Below are positions 13,307 through 27,459 of a stretch of 64,000 bases of DNA, in pieces. Origin of the DNA: Octopus sinensis (Eukaryota); contig NC_042999.1 in the NCBI RefSeq assembly GCF_006345805.1, positions 89,342,001 to 89,406,000 on the forward strand, written 5' to 3'. Below the pieces are notes generated by a model. It searched no databases. It was given only the letters and a program-made list of their open reading frames with translations, and had not been told where the DNA came from. Both the position numbers and the translations under genes were made by a program. The stretch's first letter is position 1; each line of letters starts with the position of its first letter.

Positions 13307-15029
13307 AATCTGTTCTTTGTACAAAGCGAAAATACATTACAATATAGTCTATTACACTAAAACATAAAATAGGGCCAACTACAAACGTATGCGTGTGTGT
13401 TCGGGCCCACAAACATACACACACAGACACACACACATATACACACATATACATACATATATATATACATACATGCATACATACATACATACATACACAC
13501 ATACATATTTTTAAATAAAGCGGAACGTGGTAATGCAAAGAATATTCTCGTGAGTCAGAATACAAGTTTGAAACACGGTGGGAGTAGAACTTACGTCTCA
13601 TTCTAATGTTCCTGGGCAACGATCACTCTACAATACGTCTCACCAGGCATTTACAACCTACGAAAGTGTAATTGTCCCAGCAGGCATCGAATATCCCCAT
13701 CGTAGCACATGCACTATCTAATCGACTCGATTAGACAGCGAAATCTCTTTCCTGCACTATATACACTGTGAAATCCCTTCCCTATAAAATATAATAATTA
13801 AACGCAAACAGCAAGATACGAAGTACGAGGCAGAACATTCACGTCACACGAGTGAAAACGATATCAAAATTCGATATGTGTTTGAATAAAAGATAATACT
13901 GTGGAAAGTGTATTTCTATCAAAGTCACATAGTAAACTGTTCATCACAACTAGAACATCTACAAGAAGACATGGGAACGATTCACACCAGATTTTCAAAT
14001 GCTTGTTTGCTTTCATACGCGTATAATTTATAAAAGCAAGTTTCACTTCGTTTAAGATATGCATACATGTAATCGCCATTAATCCTCGTTTAATCAACAA
14101 TAAATTTAATTCAATTGAAGTATAAGTGGAATTTTTAAACGAATAAGAAAATTACTATCACACTGCAGGGATTAGTGCTACACAAAACCGCAAACAAGCT
14201 TCCTTTTCAACCTTGGACTAAAAATTATAAGAGCGAATTTTTCAACTTCGGTTAATGTGTTACACTCACCAAAAATAGGTCTGCTACGAGGTTGCTTGAT
14301 CTTACAGAAATAGCTACCAAATCTTCTTCAAAATACATCCTATCTTGGTAAAAGAGAAAAGGACGAAGAGCCTAATGAGGCTCTGGATGCCTGAAATGAA
14401 ATTAAACGAGACGTTCACAGCAACAATGCTTATCATCGTAAGTCCATACAATAAGGTTTGAGCTGATGCCAAACAACAATATTTCGTAAAATCCATACGC
14501 GAAGACGGAAATTTTCGGTGACTTTTTTTTTCTCATCAAAGGATGATAAAAGATTTTGAAGGGTTTTCTCTGATAAGAAAAAAATGGAGTCAAACAATAA
14601 CTGTTTACTAGGGTGCATAACGACATACACCAAGAATACCACTTCAGACTTCAGCTGTCATAGGCCCCATATTTGGTCATTCGTTCTGCCAGGAATAATA
14701 TTCAAATCTTTAAATCCACCATGTTGCGAATAAAGGACGCGTTTATAACGTAGTCCTTGATATAATCTCTGGAAATATAGGATGGTTGAGGTTGTAACAC
14801 ATTTGATAATAGATAAAGTTATTCCTGGAACCTTGAAGCTAATCAACAATAACTTTTGACAAATATTGTGTCAACTCACCAGCAGTCACAAACTTGGTGG
14901 CCGTTTCACTACAATGCATTTAAAACGACAGAAGAGAAGGGAAGACTACATTGATACATTCCATAAGCCCTTTCGTTTCCTAAAATACAGTAACACCATT
15001 TGATTATTTGCCAAGAGGATCTTTAATTT

Positions 15030-15304
15030 TGTAGATCCCACCTTACTCCTTATTTGTTGTTCTTCAGTAACAGAAGATGTGGAAGTAACATTACGGCTGA
15101 AAGAAAAGCCAAGTACATCTGATGGTTATTTTGTTTCAAACTCCAAACAGCACAAAACAATTCCCCTCAAAACGTTCCTTCTCCACTCCACCGTCAGTTA
15201 TGAAACCTTCGTTCACTATCTCTACAAAGGGATTAATGTTATGGTGTTTCATCTCTCTCTCTCTCTCCCTCGCCCTCTCTCTCCCCCTCCCCCCCTCTCC
15301 CTCT

Positions 15305-15337
<33 letters not shown>

Positions 15338-16270
15338 AAGCAGAGAATTCCTAAATTAACTTGTATTGTCACCAAAAGCTTTGTTTTAATCTTTCTCTTT
15401 CAAATTAAAACTCCGCTTAAATTATTTAACATATGGACTGATACTACAACATATACCGTTGTAAAACTCGAGCAACTCTCTCAAACTGCCATCTATCAAT
15501 CATCTGTCACCATTCATCCTAAGTTCCATCTTAAAGTCAATGGAACTAGGCGTTATCAACGACCTGTTTTAAGTCTTTAAATATTTTTCTCTTCTCAGTT
15601 ATCACAAGTAACTTTGCAAGATCACACCAGTTGTTTCTTGCTCCTGAACTTAATGAAAATATTGTCTTACTCTTAAAATCGACAAAAATTTCGACTCCCT
15701 AACACAGTAACCTCCAGGCTAAACTGCTCGCATACGGCTTCCACCTGTCTTACATCGAGTGTTACCTATCAAACTGCACCATTGCAAAATGCACTGATTC
15801 TCTCTATATTACCTTTCACTCCCAACTCAATCAGTTTGGGTGTGCAACAACAATCGGTAATGTCTCCCATAAACTTTTTTCTCTGTACATTAATGATCTA
15901 CATGATGGTACTTAAAGCTGATTACACTCTTATACAGATGATAATCTACTTCATACCTCCTTAAACCTCAGTACACAGGCGTCACTCACACTTAAGTGAG
16001 GCACCTCATACAGCGTATGTATATATTTCTTGTACAATGACCTCAAAAAATCCTCCAATAAGTACATGATAAACTTGTTTCCTTCACAATTACTAAAAGC
16101 ACCAAAGGAACTGCGTTACACTACACTTTCTTTTTGGGTAAATAATATTCAAATTAATGATATTCAAATCAGCAAGATCGTTTAGATTTCATAATCACTG
16201 ATAATCACTCGTGGGGACTTTGATATTAGAAATGGATCACGAAATGTTTGCCAAGGCAAGCTAGACGATC
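15030..16270 (+). mobile_element. Highly decayed LINE (Jockey/L2/CR1-like) RT remnant
   Basis: 15839-15950 translates across frameshifts as GVQQQSVMSP...LYINDL...YTDD, a degenerate form of GVPQGSVLSP...LYINDL...YADD. Confidence 0.6.
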
Positions 16271-17159
16271 ATAAGGTTGTTTTTTGTTGTGTTTTTATTC
16301 TTTATATGGCCATGTTCAAAGCGAGATAGGAAACCCAAGATAATGGAATTTCAAAATAAAACAACTTCTTCAATTCAGAAATTGCTTGTGTTTTATGATA
16401 TGACATATGGTGATGGTGGATGTAGTTTTGTTTGTACTGTAGAGTTAGCAATGTGTGATTTTATTGTGCAGATGTCAGTCTTCGGTTGGAAAGCTCATAA
16501 TGGAAAGAAGGCATTCATTTAGACCATATCAATATCCTTGATCCCGGAGGTGTGGGGTGGGAATCAACCGCTCCCACTCCATCTTTCTCTTCCGCTTCAA
16601 GAGAAAATTTACAGAAAAAAAAAAATTGATGAGGGACTGATCGAAGAGGAAAGTGTTTTTATTAAAGCTAAGTATAAAACACGTGTCAAATATGGCGGCC
16701 TTTACACACAAGATGGCGGAAAAGCCTAAATTTTGATTGATCGGTTTCAGAGCTTACTTTGGAGAACTAACTGCTTTGTTCTCATTTTCATACTGAATTG
16801 GATTCCTTCAGTGGCAAACTTCCTACCGCCTATGCGTACTTGGTGGGAAAATATTCAAAAAAGCTACTTCTCCAAGTTAATCCACCTAAAGCTTAAGAAT
16901 ATCTTTCTGTAATTCTTTTAGAAGAATTAACAGTCAAGTTGTCCATTCAGAGAATGTTTTTCAGACCATTATTATTTGCTTCAGAACTGAAAATAGGTTG
17001 CATTTTCTGGTTTTTAAACATGGAAACGTCGGACCAATCCAAAAGTCCTAGACAACCAGCTGACACATATAGCATCTTTAAAGTGTATTTTTCTTTTTTC
17101 CAAATGGGTCTGTGGTCAAGATTTTCGTTGGTCCTACACGTCGAGTGTAGTTGAGGATC

Positions 17160-17287
17160 AGAAAAGGTCGACTTTGCCTTTCATCCTTTCGGGGTCTATA
17201 AACAACGTACCAGTTGCGCACTAGGGCCGATCTAATCGACTGACCTCCTCCCCCAAAATTTCGGGCCTTCAGCCTAAAGTAGAAAAG

Positions 17288-17343
<56 letters not shown>

Positions 17344-17763
17344 CATCATCATTATTATTATGCCGCGAGGATGAGGAATCGTTAGCAGGCCGGGTAAAAT
17401 GCTTAGCATTTCGTCCGTCTTTACGTTCTGAGTTCAAATTCCTCCAAGGTTGACTTTGCCTTTCATACTTTCGGGGTCAATAAATTAAGTACCAGTTGAG
17501 TACTGGGGTCGATGCAATTGACAATCCCTCATTAGAAAATTTCAGGCCCAGTGCCTACAGTATTAGTAGAAATGTTACCGCGCTGGACAACTCCTTAACG
17601 GTATGTCATCTATCTTCACGTTCTGAGTTCAAGTGCTGCCGAGGTCGACTTTGCCTTTCATTGCTTCGGGGCCAAAAAATAAGCACCACTGGAGTACTGG
17701 GGTTCATGTAATCGACTTACACCCTCCTCCGAAACTGCTGGCCTTGTGTCAAAATTTGAAACT
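17160..17763. mobile_element. Cluster of three group A SINEs (17160-17290 minus; 17362-17570 and 17572-17763 plus) around (ATT)n
   Basis: The core gcctttcatcctttcggggtc and B-box motifs recur, with (ATT)n/(ATC)n at 17289-17360. The orientation of the first copy is uncertain because its core reads as in the plus-strand copies. Confidence 0.75.
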
Positions 17764-18392
17764 AATACTGTATAGCATGTATTTTTATCATTCCATTCTC
17801 TGTAAATCCCCACTCTTTATGTCCATCTTCGTATTGTACTCTTCATCTGTCACTCTGGCGACAAATAAAAGAATTCATCGCCATCGTCATCATTATCATC
17901 GTTATCATTATCATGATCATCATCATCATCATCATCACCATTATTATTGTTATCTCTATTATTATAAATGAGCGTTTTGTTTAGGATACGACCTTTCTTG
18001 TGGAAGTTCAAAAGAAAACAAACCAAAACTTGGTAACATTGGAAAATATTGAACGAAAATAAAATATGAAAAGACACAAAATGATAGAAAGTTTAGCGGA
18101 TAAAATTACTACAACTATTACTACTAAAATTCTGTTACTAGCAGCAGTTGGCAGCAACCTACTATATACAAGTAAAATTAACCCACACAGTTGAATTTTT
18201 TAAACGAAACCCTATCTATTACAAAATAGCATTAGAAATATCAAAATCTATTTGAAAATAAACATCAAAATGACCATGCTTATGTATAATATTGTATTAT
18301 CCTCAAGTAGCCAAATGGTACCAGATTATAACTGCATCATCACACCGAGTTGATTCACAAGACGAGTGAGTTATTATTGAGTGAGTCAGTAA

Positions 18393-18395
<3 letters not shown>

Positions 18396-18431
<36 letters not shown>

Positions 18432-18495
18432 TGGTGAGGAAAAAGATGAGAGAGACGGTGAGAAAAAGCAAGAGGTGTGAGGGAATGAGAGAAAC

Positions 18496-18536
<41 letters not shown>

Positions 18537-18790
18537 AAGTGTATGTAGTAAAAAGAAGATGAGAGAGATGGTGAGAAAGAGTAAGATAATTGTAAGAGAA
18601 TGAGAAAAATAGAGAGAGAGAGGGAGAGAAATTAGTGAGAAAAAGAGATAGTAAGAAGAAGCAAGCAGTGTGAGGGAATGAGAGAAATAGAGAGAGAGAG
18701 AAAGAAATAAAAACAGACAGAGAAAGAGAGAGAGGGAGACAAAATCAGACGTATTACATGCGATAGTAAGGATAGGAAGACGGGTAGAGA
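18396..18790. repeat. (GA)n / purine-rich low-complexity tract
   Basis: Visible in the sequence, with degenerate internal repeats of gtgtgagggaatgagagaaa. Confidence 0.9.
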
Positions 18791-19364
18791 CATTACCAAT
18801 CATTTGTAAATTAATGCGAAATTAGCAGAAATAATGTAAGCACATCCGAAATGAAATTGAAATAATAACAGAATAAAGTATAGCATATAAAAAATGTGTC
18901 TCGTGTTGAAATCATGTAATATCTGTTAAATAAAGCGTCCATAGTCTGGGCGTCTCGTTGTTGGTGACCATGAGCCATTTCTATGGGAATTTCACTTAAA
19001 AACCAATTTAGATGATATGAAATTGACCAAAGGCTACTACCTCATTGCTTATGTATATCTGCATACATTACATCCCCCCCACACACACACACAAACACAC
19101 ACATACGCACCTATGTATGCGTGTATGCATATTTACACATATACTCACACATATTTGCAAGCATATACATGTGCATATATATGTCTGTGCATTTAAATTC
19201 ATGTGGATATGTATATGTGTATGCAAGCGCACTTGCATGCATATATATCCGTATAAATATGTGTGTATGTGTCTGTACTGGTAACACAAGACGATGATGA
19301 CGTTGGTAATGATGATGATGATGATGATGATGATGATAATAATAATAACAATAATAATAATAAC

Positions 19365-19409
<45 letters not shown>

Positions 19410-19410
<1 letters not shown>

Positions 19411-19845
19411 GAGGGTCAACCTTAGGAATAAGCAAGTGCCTCCGCTGTTCTGCATCTGGAATAGAGTGGGTGAAGCCATTGCCCATATCACGAACGAATG
19501 CCCTAGTCTTGCCAAAAATCACTACATGTTGTGACGATATGACCAGGTAGCGAAAGTGCTACATTGGAAACTGCGATCATACCAGTAGTAATTGGTGCGT
19601 TGGGAATGCCCAAAACAGGAGCTGAGAAGTATATTAAGCAACTCCCTGGTAACTCCAATCTCCGTGAACTACAAACGATAACATTGACGCGTACAGCCCA
19701 TATACTACGGAAAGAACTTTGCATCTAAAATGGAATAAATGTAGTGATAATTTTAGCATGCATAGCAAAAGTGCCCTTGCAGCTCTAGGCCTCCGGAGGA
19801 TGCCCAGTACTAAGCTGAAATAAGTTCTTTTGAAAAGAAACCATA
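19410..19845 (+). mobile_element. Internally deleted 3' end of an R4/Dong-like (REL-endonuclease) non-LTR element within (TAA)n
   Basis: Translates as ...EAIAHITNECPSLAKNHYML*RYDQVAKVLHWKL (CCHC/RHD region), joined to IIPVVIGALG...LQTITLTRTAHILRK. (AAT)n lies on both sides. Confidence 0.8.
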
Positions 19846-19909
<64 letters not shown>

Positions 19910-19948
19910 CACAGTGTCACTTTGATGGCATGCGCTGCTCTCTCACTC

Positions 19949-20020
<72 letters not shown>

Positions 20021-20466
20021 TAATAATAGATAGATAGATAGAAATAATAGGTTATATACATTTATTCATTTATTATAGGCTTACATTCGTTTCAGTTACG
20101 CATTTGGGTACGTTCATGCTTCAAGTTTATCAGTCGATCGATTGTTCGATTGAAAATATAGAGAACGACTCTCACAATGATTTCTTCTTCTAAGCCGAAA
20201 CAAATCAACTGCCAAAAAAAGAAAAAGAACAAGAGAAAAGAAAGAGGATGGAATTTGGTCCGCATGGAATTTATATAGAATTAGGTCGCCTGTTTCAATC
20301 TATCAATCTTAAGCTATTGTTCTTTCTTATCACGGATGAATAGTGTTGACATCCAGTAAAGAAATTTTATAACAAACAGCCTCTTATGGCCAGCGTGGCC
20401 AGCGTGGCCAGCGGCAGGCTTTTGGAGTTTACTGCAATATTTTTGGAAGCTATGTGAGCGGAGATT

Positions 20467-20497
<31 letters not shown>

Positions 20498-20859
20498 ACA
20501 CACATACACGCACATGCGGAGAGAGAGAGGGGGAGGGGCATTGAGTGAGGGAAATTTCTGAAGATGCATATGAAAGTACATCCCATTGCACATAATTGTT
20601 TTTGCTCTTACTCATGTATAAAGTTTCAGAAAGATTCCAAAGATATACACATGTACAAAAAAAAAAGATGTAAACTAAAAAACGAATATTGTTGCCGATT
20701 ATGTTATATTTTGAATTCTAATTCATTGAGTTCCTCATTCCCGAGTAGTGGTGACATGACCTTATGTTTACTCTTATTGGTGTAAAAAGATGAAAGAATG
20801 GACTTGGTTGCTCTAAATTTATAGTCTGATATAAGGACGTGAATTTGGCTCACATATTT

Positions 20860-21092
20860 TATTTCTTTATTGTCCACAGGGGGCTAAACATAGAGAGGAC
20901 AAACAAGGACAGACAAAGGGATTAAGTCGATTACATCAACCCCAGTGCGTAACTGGTGCTTAATTTATCGACCCCGAAAGGATGAAAGGCAAAGTCGACC
21001 TCGGCAGAATTTGAACTCAGAACGTAACGGCAGACGAAATACGGCTACGCATTTCGCCCGGCGTGCTAACGTTTCTGCCAGCTCGCCGCCCT
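20860..21092 (-). mobile_element. SINE group A, well-preserved monomer
   Basis: Full head, core and tail on the minus strand. Confidence 0.9.
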
Positions 21093-24000
21093 ATTAAAAT
21101 AAATGAGTTCTCTCCTTAACAATAAACATTTCGTGCTTCGCAGGTAGAAGTAGGTTTAATGTCAGCTTCTATTTTTTCGTATCACATAGATATAAAGAAG
21201 AGTGTCGATTCACTTAATATTCCACATTTATGGCTCTTGTAGTTCAAGAAGAAGCTTGGTTTGATATTCGACTGTAGTTTGCTTCAGATTTATCTCTCTT
21301 AAAAACTTGACAATAGTCAACAGGCACATTGGGACTCCAGATGTTTTGGTAACACTTATTCATGGTGGAAATACTTTGAAGGAAATGCTCTTAATGTTCG
21401 TCGCTTACTGCACCCAAGTTTTCCGAAAAAGGTTCGAGTAAGAATCCAAAGAATAAAATTTTAATATCATACCCCACCCCCAATATTCAGTAAGTTCAGA
21501 AAATTTAATACTATTCAGAACAGCTTCGACCATGCGTTTTCCAAAACGTTTGCGTTAACACCGTTGCTACAGAGCTTGCTTAACTTCGTTTAATTCTTCT
21601 TCAGATCTTTCATCTCTTAATTCTTCCCTGAGGGTTTTATAAAAATGCCTTCTCTAATATTAATTCACTGATTCAGGGAACTTATTTTCCAAATATCTGA
21701 AACAAATTTTTATTTTATGAATCGGTTTAGTATGTCCAAGCTTAATATATAATGGAGAAAGAACAACTTTTTCAGAATCAAGAATCGTTCAAACATTTTT
21801 CTTGCCTGTAACAAATTCTTATGAACATAGTAGTTATTAGCATCCTGCAGTTTCATTCTCATAAACAATACCGATTGGTTGTGTGATCTTGTTGCAATCC
21901 TTGCAAACAAGTAATACTCTTCAGAATTCCACAAGTTATCTACTTACATTTACATTATACTTACATTCCACGTTATATGACAATTTTATATTTGTAGCAT
22001 GTGGAATAGACGAAGAGAATTTATATTGTTCTAAATGATTTTTGAAAACTCATCCACGACGAAGAGCCAGTCATTGAATTAGCATCTTTACAAAGTACAA
22101 ATAATATCTTCATGAGAGAAAAAAAACTGTCTCTTAGATAAATTCAAACCCCAAACTATATCCTTTAGATCCCATTAAGATCTTGAAATCGTAAGAAAAC
22201 GTTAGAATTATATATCTGTTAACTTTTAATCATCTTTCAATATATTTATTTCACAATGTAACTAACATCAACAGTAAAGATGTGTGGTGTAGAAGTTCAG
22301 ACGTTGGTATCACAATCATTAGGTTGTCCGTCCGATTTTTGGAATTTTGAGACGCGTTGTGCTTTTGAGCAAAGCAAATCATTTTACATATAGTCTGTCC
22401 AAGCAATATTGTGAGTAGGGATTAAGCCTATGATAAGCATTTGTATTGTGCAGGGAAGTGTATCATATACTCATTAGTTTAAACGGCCAGGAGGAACGAA
22501 TCGAGATAAAATCGACAAACTTAACTTTTGGTTAATATCAGCACCTGCTCTATATACGGTCCACGGGTATGACGAATAAAATATTCTCCTTTAAATAGTT
22601 CCCTTTTCTTACTTTCATTTCCTATTTCTTTTTGGGTGGTGGTAGTGGTGGGGGTGTAGATATTTTGGTTTCTGTTTTAATCTCTGTGACTCCAACGAAA
22701 TGAACTGCTTTCTCTCATCCTCTAAAATCTCCCAACATAAGTCAGTTATTTGATAAAATCTCCTGCATTAAAGATTTATGATTTCAACATTCTCAATTCT
22801 TGAACTGCATTTACACAATTCCAGCTGATACAAAACTGGAAACTCTTACCATCTTAAATAAGTAGTAATATTAAAATAATTAATCACAGCATAATGTTAG
22901 CGGTGGCAACACTACTGTGATATGACAACACTATGATATTTGCGCTAATGATATAACGTTAGGAGTATCAACAATGTGTTGCTATAACAACAACCTTTGT
23001 AACGTTAACGTTGTTCACTGAATAGTTACAACCAAACTAATGTGTTGTGATTATAAAATCCGTTAGCAGTGTCCACACAAACGATATTGTTAACAATGTC
23101 ACTTATGATGCAATATTTATGAAGAGAATATACAGTTATGCCTAATTGTGTATTTATGTATGTATGCGTGTATGTATGCGTGTGACATGTCTATGTGTGT
23201 GCGTGTCTGTGTGTGTGTGCGCGTTTGTGCGTATGTGTGTGTGTGTGTGAGCGTATGTCTGTGTGTGTATGTGAGTGTGTGTAGAATTGAAGAGGTGTAA
23301 CAAACCTTATATAGGCTCATTGCCATAGCACTGACGTAAGCTCGATGCTGTTGAGTAGAAGCCAGTGAATATCTCTGGCTGCCATTTGAAGCCTCACCCT
23401 TCGTTGCTCAGTCTCACTCTCTTGGCGGCTTGTTCACATAGTAAAACGGAGCGCCAGTCTGTCTCAGCCTTTCTACCACACCCGATTATGCTTACCTTTT
23501 CTCTTAACCGTCTAGCTTCCTTATAGCCGACCTAATGGCGACAATGCCTCCGCCTTCGTCCATGATTTTAATCTTACCACTTTTATGGTACGATCGTTAT
23601 TTTTTAGTTGAAACGTCTACGTATTCTTGTTATTCTTTTAATTCTGTATTTCTCAATCTTCAACTACAAACAGAAGAATCAAGAAGCTACCAAAGAAATT
23701 CTATGCGTATGATTTGTAATTTCAAACCGCTTGTCGACGGGTAGGTACAGTATTAGTATACCAATTCACAGGTTGCAAGCTCTCGTTTTTTTTTTGCGTG
23801 CTTTATGCTGTTTCGTGTGAGTGGGCAGCTTAGTTCTTCGATACTGTTATAATTGAAATAGTTTTAAAGAAAAGAATTTTGCTTTCTCTGTGTATGTGAC
23901 ACCAACTCAAGTGATTGATTATTGCTTGGTCCTTTATCAAAGAAACGAGAACTTTGCAGAGTCTTTGTGATACAGTGATTAATGGAAGGGTAAAGTTTCA

Positions 24001-24184
24001 GGATGTATCAAAATATTTTTTTTGTTTTTTTTTTTTAACAAAGGGACCGAAATATAACAATAGAAGATTTGCTTCATTTGTTATAATGAACTTGGCGACG
24101 TAAACGAGAGAGGACGTAGTTTCCTCAATGAAAGAGAAGTAGAAATGGCTATTACTTCTCAAAAGCTATACTATTCTATTTCTG

Positions 24185-24335
24185 AAGGGCGACGAGCTGG
24201 TTGAATCGTTAAGCACGCCGGGCGAAATGCATAGCAGTATTTCGTCTGCCGGTATTTCGTTCTGAGTTCAAATTCCGCCGAGGACGACTTTGCCTTTCAT
24301 CCTTTCGAGATCGATTAAATAAGTACCACTTACGC
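24185..24335 (+). mobile_element. SINE group A, 3'-truncated
   Basis: Head, B-box and core are present. Confidence 0.82.
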
Positions 24336-24489
24336 AGAAGGAATACTTAATAATAGTAGCTATTTATGACCAGAAGGCCTGAGTCAGGAAGCATTAAGTG
24401 TCATGTTATGAAGTACATTGCTAATGAGAGAATAGAAATAATAAAGTGTGTTGTCCGACACCCTACACACACACACACACATATATATA

Positions 24490-24699
24490 TATCTTTTACT
24501 TGTTTGAGTGACTAGACTACGGCTGTGCTGGAGTACCACCTTGAAAAATCTTAGTCAAACGAATAGACCCCGTGACATTTTTTTCATACCTGGTACTTAT
24601 TCTATCAGAACCTTTTACCGAACTGCTAAGTTATAGAGACGTAAACACACTAATACCAGTTGTTAAGCAGTGGTGCGGGACAAATTCAGACACAAACAA

Positions 24700-24756
<57 letters not shown>

Positions 24757-24910
24757 ATGGGCTTCTTTCAGTTTCCGTCAACTAAATCTACTCACAAGGC
24801 TTTGGTGTGCCTAGAGCTATAATAGAAGACATGTGCTCACTCAGTTGCCACCCAACCGGGAACCATTTGTTTGGAAACAAACTTCTTACCATGCAGCCAT
24901 CTCTGCACCT
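24490..24910 (-). mobile_element. SINE group B
   Basis: Reverse-complement similarity to 8308-8730, including the internal (TA)n. Confidence 0.82.
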
Positions 24911-25692
24911 ATAAAAACAATTCTTTATTTTAAATATTTTTATTTTATTTTAATAAACTACAGAAACAAGAGTATACTTTTTGACTTATCCTCGTACACA
25001 TACGCATACACACACACACACAACCTCCTAATTGCATTGAAGCCCCCACCCCATCCGCCAGAGATACAAATTTATCATTTTTGTCTACATCCCCTTCTGT
25101 CGTAGAAACCACATTCTATACTCAAACGTCACTCTGAACAGTACTGTTTATACATATGTAGATTCCACTATTCTCTTCATTCACTTCTCTCACCTTGATA
25201 ACAGTAACAAGGATTTGCTCTGGTTCAAGGATTTGCCGTAACTCTGATATCAGTTATAAAGATTTGCAGTAACTCTGGTTCTACTTCTTCCATTCCTCTA
25301 AATGCATGTCATTTCTTCCAATGAGCAGCAACTATATTGGACTATATTTCTTCGTGCCTCAATGGCATCAATCTCATTTCACTCATTACTGAAATCTTTG
25401 TCCTCAGTGACATTAATATTCTTCTTGGATCTCGCACTCATCTGACGTTAGTCCGGAAACCGAATCAGTCTCAAGCCTTGACTCTTTACGTCAATAAATT
25501 TATTCATAGCTGACACACAGACATTCGAACTACCTTTTATTTCTTCCTCATTTCCTAACACAACGCCACTTAGTTAGATCGAACCCTACGCCATAGTTGC
25601 CAATTGAACTTCTTAACGACACGGCCGTCATAAATTTTAGGAAACGCTTTACATATTTACAATTTAAATGTACGCATTGTGAGTGTGTGTGC

Positions 25693-25743
<51 letters not shown>

Positions 25744-26082
25744 TGAGAGAGGTAAAGCTTTTTAAGAAGGTCGAAGGTTAGATATAGAATACTTATGAGG
25801 CACTATAGGTATCTTTTTGACTTGAATCAATGGCTTTGATCAAACTTCTTGAAGAATTTCAGTCCTCTACATGTAACCTTCATGTATATTTTTATTGAGT
25901 TGGCGAGCTGGCAGAAATATAAGCAAGCCGGGCCAAAGTCTTAGCGGCACTTTGTCCGTCTTTACGTTCTGAATTCAATTTCCGCCGATTAAAAAGGATG
26001 GTATATACCGGTGGGTCAGGGAGTGTCAATAATAACAAAGAATAGCATATTACTGAAAATATAACACTGTATTGTAAGTGGT

Positions 26083-26360
26083 GTGGAGGCCCAGTGGTTA
26101 GGGCAGCGGACTCGCGGTCGGAGGATCGCGGTTTCGATTCCCAGGCCGGGCGTTGTGTGTGTTTATTGAGCGAAAACACCTAAAACTCCACGAAGCTTCG
26201 GCAGGGGGTGGTGGCGACCCCTGTTGTACTCTTTCGCCCCAACTTTCTCTCACACTCTTTTCCTGGCGTCCAGTCCAGATAGGGAGGTGGGAACACATAC
26301 GTCACAGAAACTGGGAAACTGGGCCAATGAGCCTGGCTAGGCTTGAAAAGGGCGCATAAA
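26083..26360 (+). mobile_element. SINE group C (tRNA-derived)
   Basis: A-box ggcccagtggttagg and B-box-like ggtttcgattccc. Head is shared with 57703 and tail with 33635-33690. Confidence 0.85.
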
Positions 26361-27459
26361 CAAATAAAAATTGTAAATGGTAGGTAAGCTTGTGTGCAAC
26401 AGTCTGTTACCTAATACACATATCAATAGAAACAGCTTTCCGCATTCAGTGAATTTTGGGATACATTTTTGCGTATACATCATCAATAGGGTTGACTTGG
26501 CTATCCGAGCCAAATAGGGGACTAAAGTTAAAGTACACACAATATTTGCAGTTTTCGTAACAACTGGCCACATATGTAGATAATTTATGAGTGTATGTTA
26601 TGTGTCTATGCAATTTTTCTGAAGTTGCGTGAAAGTGCCTTGTAATAAATGAACATAAGTATGTAGTAATAACAATAAGGATCCATAGTAAGAGACAGTC
26701 AAAATAAATAAATTCAGTTGATGACGAGGTGTTGCCGATGCTACTGATGATAGTACTGATGACGCTGTGGACAACGACGACAGTGATGACGGCAAACAAT
26801 TGGGAGTAGAGCTAGAATATAAAACAAGCCGCCGTGACAGCATAAGTGAGCTAATGAAAAGCTAATTCGCATTCGTTATACTAACATGTGTACAGACATA
26901 TCGGCAGACGGTCTATTAACAATTTCACTTTGTCTGCTGCTTCGTTCGTTCTTTTCTCTTTATTCTCTTCTCTTTTTTTTTGTTTTTTTTTTATTTCTTT
27001 CGTTCTTTTCTCTTTATTCTCTTCTCTTTTTTTTTGTTTTTTTTTATTTCTTTCGTTCTTATTTTTTCTTTGTTACGTCTATCTTTATATATTTAGACAT
27101 AAAAATAAAGCATCCATTCGAAATACTTCACATAACTAGAGTTTCACCTCCTCCTTCGGACTACATTTTTTCATACCAAACAGATGTTGACTGCAATCGA
27201 ACTAATAATGATTATGTTTTCTCGAAAGGAAAGCTATACTGTAGCCTCTGTCCAGTCCGATTCAGGTAAACACAAGTTTACTGAGGCTGGTATTTCATAA
27301 ACGACCAACAAAATAAAGACTAGCTACAAAATCTACAGCAGATAACGTTCAAGATCTTCCCAAAACCTTTATCCATCGGAATGAGATGAGTGCAAAGCAT
27401 GAAAGCTGAGTAGCTTATCCCACTTGCAGATGGAGTACGACTACTCCACTCTGTTGTGA

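Noticed and set aside
21120-22210. Faint LINE-like text here and at ~13540-13700, 25130-25620, 30780-31020 and 62940-63060
   Set aside because: The motifs are too degenerate to assign a family or boundaries by eye, so they are not listed as features.
26083-26150. tRNA gene candidates at SINE heads (also 41513, 57703, 62303)
   Set aside because: They have A/B boxes but continue into repeated SINE bodies, and I could not build a full cloverleaf.
26715-26875. Acidic peptide GVADATDDSTDDAVDNDDSDDGK... as a possible exon
   Set aside because: An in-frame stop lies immediately upstream and there is no good acceptor. A degenerate (GAT/GAC)n repeat explains it better.
26941-27060. ~55-bp T-rich tandem duplication, and (tggccagcg)x3 near 20387-20413
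   Set aside because: Real but ordinary slippage duplications with no further signal.
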